Under the pieces are notes generated by a model. It did not search any database. It was not told the DNA's origin and saw only the letters and a program-made list of their open reading frames with translations. Of a stretch of 11,313 nucleotides of DNA, positions 8,201 to 11,313 are shown piece by piece. The stretch comes from Promethearchaeota archaeon (GTDB lineage: Archaea; Asgardarchaeota; Thorarchaeia; Thorarchaeales; Thorarchaeaceae): positions 7,387 to 18,699 of the forward strand of contig JBHLPF010000050.1 of the NCBI GenBank assembly GCA_048939765.1. The letters run 5' to 3'. The position numbers and the translations under genes were made by a program. The first letter of the stretch is position 1, and the number at the start of each line of letters is the position of its first letter.

Positions 8201-10040
8201 CTGCTGCATGGTTCATTCTTGAAATGGTGGCAAGCCAGTAGTTCCACATGAGAGAGGGCACTGGATCCATTAGTTCAAACCCGATGCTTGTTTCAATAGC
8301 ACTGAGATAGCTTCTGAGTTCTAGCGAAACAGGGCCGTAGGTCTCTGACATCGCATTTAACGCAACTGCAACACGATAGGACTCCTTGGCCTTTGCCACT
8401 ATGTCACCGTCTTTTGTTTCGAGACCAAAGCCTCCAGAATCTAGCTGATTAGAACCTAGCCAGCTCAGTCCATTGGTCCTATTCTCTGAACTCAATGTTC
8501 CCATAACTGCCATTGCAGTCAATGCTGAACCAGTCCCGATGGTTATCTCCTCTCCCGGACCGACTGTGTTACGGAATGAGCCATCACCTATTGGGGTCCG
8601 CGTGACTATCCAAGATGTCAGCTTCAGAGGATCATTGTGTGTGGTTCCCAGGATGCCAAGAGCTTGAACATAGTCTGAGGCGTATTGATTTGTGGGACTG
8701 GTACTCATAGGGTTAGATCCAATAGATCCCCATAAGTCAGGGTCTGAGGTCTTTCCACCATCGATTACACATGACCGAAGCCAGGACTCGACGGCTGTTG
8801 TGTCAATGCTTCCAAGAAACCCTGCTGCACCCAATGCTTCAATTGCGTTGTAGGTAGTTGTGATATGGTCCTCAAAACCTCCATCCAAGCCTTGTTTCGA
8901 GCTTAGGTAAGCAACTATCTCAGGGACAGAGAATTGTGGGGATAAGCCCATAGTCGATAGCACCCAGAGACCTTGAGCAGTGCTTTTGCATCCAACGGAA
9001 CCATCAGTTTTAGCGGTAAGGAAGCCTGTTTCTGCTCCGAAATCCACAGCCAGATTGTTGAGTATTGAGAGAACAAGTCCTTGCTTAGCACTCTGCCATG
9101 ATGACCACTCTGAAGCACCCATGAGGGCCAATGCCATCTGAACAGCATAATAGATTCCAGCCATAGTTGGTTCATGGGCATAACTGTACCCTCCCGGGAG
9201 GAGTGCTGTGGCATCAGACTGTACGGCGGCTAAAGCCTGAGAAATTGCATTCTCTCTGAGTGCTATTGCATATGCCAGTGTATTGATTACTAGTCCTCGG
9301 CCTTGTGCTGTAAGAAGAAGTGGGTCCTCGGGTGCAAACAAGAAGCTTTCCAGTGGCCAAGATTCATATCTTAGCGACGCAAGAGAGGATGGTCCAGATC
9401 CAATCAAATCAACGAGACGCGAATTTTGTGTCTGGATGGGATCATCCGGGAGGAAGATGGGTGATTCAGCTGTTAGTGAAGAACCCAACGATAGTGAGAT
9501 GGGACTACTGAGGTAGATCGCTCCTTCCAGCCCGGGTGTGGTACTAAGTTGATTATTGGAAAGAGCGGTCCCTGAGGGCGGACCTCTTCCCCTCAGTAAA
9601 TGCAGAAGCCAAGCTGCGCGTCCAGTGAGGACTATGCTGACATCCTCCCCTATCAACAGGTCCACTAGAGCAGCAGGCACATGACTTGCATCATCTGCGC
9701 CAAGACTTCCATCAATGAGGATTGCCGGTGCAGCGTCAATTATCGTTGGGTCGACTAGCAGGTCAGAAACAGTGACTACGCTTGCTGCAACACCTTCAGA
9801 CTGTAGAATCTGAAGCCACCTTGAACCTCTTGCAGGAATAGAATAGCCAGGCAACTCAAGGACAATGACTGGACTCCAATCAATGATGACACCATCATCT
9901 GCAGAAACAATATGCGAAGATTTCGCATCAATCTGTCTGGCGTCCTGCTGAAATGAACTTGATTCACTGCTCAAGACCAAAGGCGAAGTCCATGCGATTG
10001 TGATTATGATTATGCCTAATACCAGTCTTCTATGTTTCAA
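2220..10040 (-). CDS. Giant (2606 aa) membrane-anchored cell-surface protein: signal peptide, GATase-I-like domain, prenyltransferase/squalene-oxidase-repeat (alpha/alpha)6 barrels, ~17 Ig-like repeats, C-terminal TM anchor
   Basis: Uninterrupted 7.8-kb ORF. TTG start preceded by purine-rich GGGAGAGGAGCAGAGAGG. N-terminus MKHRRLVLGIIIITIAWTSPLVLS fits a Sec signal peptide. QW/PFTB-like repeats include YLSSKQGLDGGF, WLGSNQLDSGGFG, WIVTRTPIGDGSF and LAAVQ..LLPGGY. Beta-rich ~100-aa repeats carry 'L.D..G.Pl.G..v' and 'G.Y...a.F.G...Y..S'. C-terminus WIGGLGIVAAIAVLV-RKR. Confidence 0.92.
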   Translation of the reverse strand: MKHRRLVLGIIIITIAWTSPLVLSSESSSFQQDARQIDAKSSHIVSADDGVIIDWSPVIVLELPGYSIPARGSRWLQILQSEGVAASVVTVSDLLVDPTIIDAAPAILIDGSLGADDASHVPAALVDLLIGEDVSIVLTGRAAWLLHLLRGRGPPSGTALSNNQLSTTPGLEGAIYLSSPISLSLGSSLTAESPIFLPDDPIQTQNSRLVDLIGSGPSSLASLRYESWPLESFLFAPEDPLLLTAQGRGLVINTLAYAIALRENAISQALAAVQSDATALLPGGYSYAHEPTMAGIYYAVQMALALMGASEWSSWQSAKQGLVLSILNNLAVDFGAETGFLTAKTDGSVGCKSTAQGLWVLSTMGLSPQFSVPEIVAYLSSKQGLDGGFEDHITTTYNAIEALGAAGFLGSIDTTAVESWLRSCVIDGGKTSDPDLWGSIGSNPMSTSPTNQYASDYVQALGILGTTHNDPLKLTSWIVTRTPIGDGSFRNTVGPGEEITIGTGSALTAMAVMGTLSSENRTNGLSWLGSNQLDSGGFGLETKDGDIVAKAKESYRVAVALNAMSETYGPVSLELRSYLSAIETSIGFELMDPVPSLMWNYWLATISRMNHAAGVVDDELQAHYLDLFSQWTQYPWWNNFTAVIAPEYGANQYRIKSVWTQYFGVATALAQGVEPSSEVVADALNYISLSQFVMGHFRPAMFIGTAHIQYSVAAVEALYLMDSLDTIPYRSALESAMLNDYSDGQWSMSGWTIKPYAGDQSAINWLCTRAAMRLNIVDAAMASEISSSISSRIQYNNIYALSCDVATLALLNASGFDVNLESIDASHVLSALGPTPFANGWLNATGQWQPVYTAESLEMVSILGLRPLLIDIPFSSISASTDATVTLGSSLYIDVAVSSSVSSHSVLVYAFREWTRFTNVADSDTLRIDVPSDSSLLGQAELYTVVADWSHSRAFAMSTVDVHGDLAGTLTIDTPNVPAGSFINGTVFWTIAPELDAGVTNITVQLGDPPIYQQWSYQDSSPFDFQVPSSDFGTGTYNLTVTLERRHCDTLMLRDTVHISAPVSTYLISPSLAIGTVGQQANIDWSLHYSSNGTEIASQETTITIVDELGQIVHTTQGISSIGGSVFHWTPSQRGNFDYTISFLGNGPLVGCESSGLIHVYEDTTLTWLTTGTYNQYSEVSLEARLDTSGGTPLAGYHVHVKVTDPSYFVIIDTNMITNSTGHVLVPVSINENGIYDVEVEFAATGYLRYSTKSDTITAWSDSSIIVGGIGDANSVGSTWDIWALLKDSHSNPVSGESITLRVILLPSTVVAEYTLNSNATGYVEVSWIGESAGSYELEAEFAGTGSRGSATDSSRFALWIPITLALSIAQPSDVGVETLISVTAEDHLGFPISGLSITVTVHNPQGVIQIQESGTTSGGLLQIAWTPLFRGQNSISASSGQQTWYDAAAASQSADVYEHPNIDALVPLGQESSSLVTVIISLSDHRGLAISDATVRTIFTINGQILLDVWNSTQGDGTITLLIQIFEPGTLSTSATVSSQGWLLSASAASTDVILGSTAISLTTPGLPIEQGTPVGILVALTDWSGVPLNGAQVIIQVRNSNGTVIVSAERMTGADGKCTLAHEFNSVGDFLVNATYAGEYFNSSATTSSLQRVYLTPNIKLSHSPSCLLGESLEIYVGLTDAYQQNVVGRTLFLSIEQNSIVVFETQVESVDGLLTVHWVPEDRGLASITLLHAGDPYYYTNSTESTVSVLEIVGANLILEPTSVDMFNTARLQYVLQTGGTLSGVAIHFEVLGLDLVPVWTADQATNASGIAEAIYYAKDSHGILTVRASPTAEQFLIGGGTQEQLNVKTVCMVTTTLVPDPPRAGEDVNITLNIIDQLGIPVENLQVVVSLDNPIGDPVRLGYWSNSITVTTSNGIAIVSFMPTMTGLYSVHLSCSGATSVHSFTDDTYHTVYSQSKVDVSLSETSLDVGDMLDITVLLSDYQGSPMAGREMTIVLDRPGGSTIGPMTIVTDGAGRAYWNVQIDDEGLWTISAIFDGLGVYLPAMGSTEVSVRYSTEIHASIISTDAIIATLVPVSISVLLTDTGGTPLEGFTIEISAYHDQFGLMMTQNVVQNSQDAIVLNITLSRMGNYTILLSFAGTTHYHASNSAQRVWVYGTTNITVSVSSSIERSSNSFLTASIVDELGSPIALNELGTSLNLIGPIGTVDLLERFQSSDVEISISLEGLEVGLYTLSLIVLDSPLRIGCTNQVQFNVTAWTELLVSDEGLSGIINEKQEITFTLVDSIGDITEGAVVYASLYAPNGREIHGSPLTTRTAYAVSADGIVISWSPSLKGNYTLTLLFEGTDYWQATSRLITVLIRYMSHVDVDRPATMEYGQLVPLSITLSSGVFRIPEVMLTILVWMDDQLLLELPVLTGSRGGVDTMLEGLLAGNLTVEVKFNGTDSYAPTTNRFSLLVTPLLLLEVTPIVPVQVGLNSTLNMSYSILGVAEVWTGGLQLSIFNPEEKLVGTWSLIVHKVGYSIIEFYVELEGEYLIEIDVNGLPAVERVNSVLSILASSAASSLPMDAGTTSWIGGLGIVAAIAVLVRKRVGGIVGRLPAEWDG
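2265..2318 (-). other. C-terminal transmembrane anchor with positive-inside RKR
   Basis: WIGGLGIVAAIAVLV followed by RKR and a 14-aa tail VGGIVGRLPAEWDG. Confidence 0.85.
2360..7410 (-). repeat. Tandem array of ~17 divergent Ig-like (Big/MG2-like) beta-sandwich domains, ~100 aa each
   Basis: Repeating end motifs: GTYNLTVTL, GNFDYTISFLG, GIYDVEVEFAA, GSYELEAEFAG, GDFLVNATYAG, GLWTISAIFDG, GNYTILLSFAG, GNYTLTLLFEG, GNLTVEVKFNG, GEYLIEIDVNG. Internal motifs: LTDWSGVPLNG, LSDYQGSPMAG, LTDTGGTPLEG. The repeats are visible at protein level only. Confidence 0.8.
7441..9255 (-). repeat. ~12 prenyltransferase/squalene-cyclase-type helical hairpin repeats (probably two (alpha/alpha)6 barrels)
   Basis: Recurring '(W/Y)L...Q..DGG(F/W)...T..A..AL..LG' units of roughly 45-55 aa from LAAVQ to YTAESLEMVSILG, counted by eye. 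The first six are the clearest. Confidence 0.75.
9261..9872 (-). other. N-terminal alpha/beta domain, class I glutamine amidotransferase-like (flavodoxin-like) fold, probably non-catalytic
   Basis: Alternating pattern PVIVLE / WLQILQSEG / VVTVSDL / AILIDG / LVDLL / SIVLTGRAAWLL, ending QGRGLVINTLAYA. This is typical of GATase1-like domains. The elbow position reads G-R-A with no Cys. Confidence 0.45.
9969..10040 (-). other. Sec signal peptide of the giant protein (about aa 1-24)
   Basis: Basic n-region KHRR, hydrophobic h-region LVLGIIIITIAW, then polar SSESSS. The exact cleavage site is uncertain. Confidence 0.8.
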
Positions 10041-10218
10041 CCTCTCTGCTCCTCTCCCAACAATGCCTCGAAATGAGAAGGTGTCCCGGAGCCGAGCCCT
10101 TTGGGAAAAAGGTCACGGGGACCATTGGGATAGGTGGGTCTTTTTCTACTGAAGCAGGGATATGGGAAGGATCCGACCCGGGACATGGATATGCCTTCAA
10201 GGTGTGTCCTATGCTCAT
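10030..10218 (-). CDS. Putative 62-aa Pro-rich small protein (MSIGHTLKAYPCPGSDPSHIPASVEKDPPIPMVPVTFFPKGSAPGHLLISRHCWERSREVET)
   Basis: ATG at 10218 overlaps the upstream TGA as ATGA. An SD-like AGGGGTGAT lies just upstream. Its TAG lies inside the first codons of the giant gene (11-nt overlap). It fills the gap between the two genes exactly. This is the 3' part of the supplied 118-aa ORF. Confidence 0.5.
   Translation of the reverse strand: MSIGHTLKAYPCPGSDPSHIPASVEKDPPIPMVPVTFFPKGSAPGHLLISRHCWERSREVET
10082..10185 (-). other. Long predicted RNA stem-loop upstream of the giant gene
   Basis: Minus-strand UGUCCCGGGUCGGAUCCUU (10185-10167) pairs with AAGGGCUCGGCUCCGGGACA (10101-10082) at 18 of 19 positions, with 3 G-U pairs, 1 bulge and 1 mismatch. 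Inner GAAAAAG/CUUUUUC helix (10146-10140 with 10111-10105). Confidence 0.5.
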
Positions 10219-10817
10219 AGCATCACCCCTACGACCTGAGTATAGAACAATACCAGAACGGTCACTACAGCCAAGAACTCGATGACGCCTTTGCGTGGAT
10301 TGCCCTTGAGTGCGGCTCCAAGAAGTGCCAGGTCTCCACCTTTGAGTGAGCTTGACAGGAGAACTCCCAGTGAAATATAGGTGCAAAGAAGCACTATCGG
10401 CGCCCCTGCTAACATCACTACCGGGACGACCAGCAATGCGAACGCAGTGAACACAGAGATGACAGTACTGAGGTAGAGAGCTGACAATAGGACAGCCACT
10501 CGAGGAGGCTTGTCCACTTTCAAGAAGAGACTCAGTTCGCCGTAGGTACCGCCGCCCCCTAATCCCTCAAGATCAATCCCCATTAGGGAAGTGACCCCGT
10601 AGCGAACGGCTGTATTGATGACCATTCCTGGGGCGAAAATGATTGTGACAGCTGAGAGAAGAGGATTCCGAGTCCATTCCTCAAAAGATCTCCTCTTTCC
10701 AGTGAGCAAAAGAACTGACCTGATGGCGGTAGCAACCACAACGACAAGCGGAGCCACCTGTACTGAGAATAGCAGGTTGGCCAGCATTAAGGTCACAATG
10801 TCGAACTGCACTTTCAT
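10215..10817 (-). CDS. Polytopic membrane protein (~200 aa), M50/DUF3267-type zinc metalloprotease-like but lacking HExxH (putative pseudo-protease)
   Basis: About 5 hydrophobic segments. Start better placed at ATG 10817 (MKVQF), behind GGGAGGAA. FAPGMVINTAVR aligns by eye with the family pattern 'F.PG..vHE..H'. YISLGVLLSSSLKGGDL aligns with 'w.g.s...h.fPS.gD'. Confidence 0.8.
   Translation of the reverse strand: MKVQFDIVTLMLANLLFSVQVAPLVVVVATAIRSVLLLTGKRRSFEEWTRNPLLSAVTIIFAPGMVINTAVRYGVTSLMGIDLEGLGGGGTYGELSLFLKVDKPPRVAVLLSALYLSTVISVFTAFALLVVPVVMLAGAPIVLLCTYISLGVLLSSSLKGGDLALLGAALKGNPRKGVIEFLAVVTVLVLFYTQVVGVML
10222..10230 (-). promoter_or_regulatory. Shine-Dalgarno-like sequence (AGGGGTGAT) for the 62-aa ORF
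   Basis: Near-perfect complement of the 16S 3' tail AUCACCUCCU, ending 3 nt before ATG 10218. Confidence 0.5.
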
Positions 10818-10819
10818 TT

Positions 10820-10833
10820 CCTCCCTTCTCACC
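10820..10833 (-). promoter_or_regulatory. Shine-Dalgarno-like sequence for the membrane protein
   Basis: The minus strand reads GGTGAGAAGGGAGGAA-ATG. Confidence 0.55.
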
Positions 10834-11060
10834 AAAGTCATCAACGACCTGATGGAAGCGGTCTTCTTCTGTAATGACCTACATACGGAATTGGCTACAA
10901 CCTAGTTCAGCTTGACTTTAATCTCTACTAGGCGTTATAGTACACTCGACTTAAGATTCACTCAGTAAATAGGAGCCCCTTAAAAGAAATGGATGTTTTG
11001 GGCTCTAATCACGACTTTAACAGTTCCGATAATCCCATTTCTTTCTTGATATTAGTAGGT

Positions 11061-11313
11061 CTATGCAGATGTTAGTCTTGGCTGTTGGATTTCCGCGAAT
11101 TCCTGCAAATCAGGTGAAGACGACAAAAGAAGAATACCACACTCCTCACAGACAGATTGCAGAACTCGTAGAGCGGTTGCAGTCCAACCTGTTACATCCA
11201 GCTTTCCCGGAACTGCAAACAGTCTTACGACTCTTCTGAAGGCTTCTCTCTGGGCAGAGGTCAAGACAGTTGCCACAGTCTGAATTACAATCTTCCGGTC
11301 CCAAGGATTGAGA
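11061..11313 (-). CDS. 3' end of a hypothetical protein, truncated at the window edge
   Basis: The frame stays open beyond the supplied GTG (11276) to the edge: ...LNPWDRKIVIQTVATVLTSAQREAFRRVVRLFAVPGKLDVTGWTATALRVLQSVCEECGILLLSS...TSA*. An AT-rich intergenic region follows. Confidence 0.65.
   Translation of the reverse strand, partial: LNPWDRKIVIQTVATVLTSAQREAFRRVVRLFAVPGKLDVTGWTATALRVLQSVCEECGILLLSSSPDLQEFAEIQQPRLTSA

Noticed and set aside
8979-8993. GCKST in the barrel as a thioester or zinc-ligand site
   Set aside because: It is neither CxEQ nor DxC. It occupies the ordinary helix-start position of the repeat.
7441-9255. Calling the giant protein a squalene-hopene cyclase or protein prenyltransferase
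   Set aside because: Catalytic motifs were not found and the domain is predicted to be extracellular.
10103-10170. Cobalamin-riboswitch-like words (GGGAA, ACTG...GGGAAGG)
   Set aside because: They are on the strand antisense to the operon, and the other conserved elements are missing.
10219-10386. N-terminal part of the supplied 118-aa ORF
   Set aside because: It overlaps the membrane protein gene out of frame. The SD and ATGA overlap favour a start at 10218.
10679-10884. Minus-strand ATG-TAG followed by an open alternative frame (amber readthrough idea)
   Set aside because: It mostly overlaps the membrane gene out of frame, has no RBS, and there is no evidence for pyrrolysine machinery here.
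10073-10905. + strand ORFs of 70 aa (10073-10285) and 96 aa (10615-10905)
   Set aside because: They are antisense to the coupled minus-strand operon, with no supporting signals.
10955-11013. SECIS-like reading (GUGA...AAAA...GA) of the hairpin downstream of the truncated gene
   Set aside because: The 3' GA is not positioned opposite the UGA for a quartet, the spacing is too long, and no in-frame UGA is visible in the window.

Overview
Archaeal-looking window. The gene style (Lrp-like giant, (alpha/alpha)6-barrel plus Ig-repeat surface protein, GGAGG/GGTGA ribosome-binding sites) suggests an Asgard/Thorarchaeia-type genome, which is inference only. It holds (1) a + strand 677-aa protein with apparent Lrp/AsnC-like wHTH and ferredoxin-fold modules in its C-terminal half, whose stop overlaps that of (2) a probable minus-strand operon. 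The operon has a ~200-aa membrane protein resembling an M50/DUF3267-type zinc protease that has lost its HExxH motif, a translationally coupled 62-aa Pro-rich ORF that also folds as a long RNA stem-loop, and a 2606-aa type I membrane surface protein. The surface protein has a signal peptide, a GATase-I-like alpha/beta domain, ~12 prenyltransferase/squalene-cyclase-type repeats (about two (alpha/alpha)6 barrels), ~17 Ig/macroglobulin-like repeats and a C-terminal TM helix followed by RKR. A truncated CDS runs off the right edge. No rRNA, complete tRNA, CRISPR array or mobile element was recognised. All family calls come from motif recognition by eye, not from searches.
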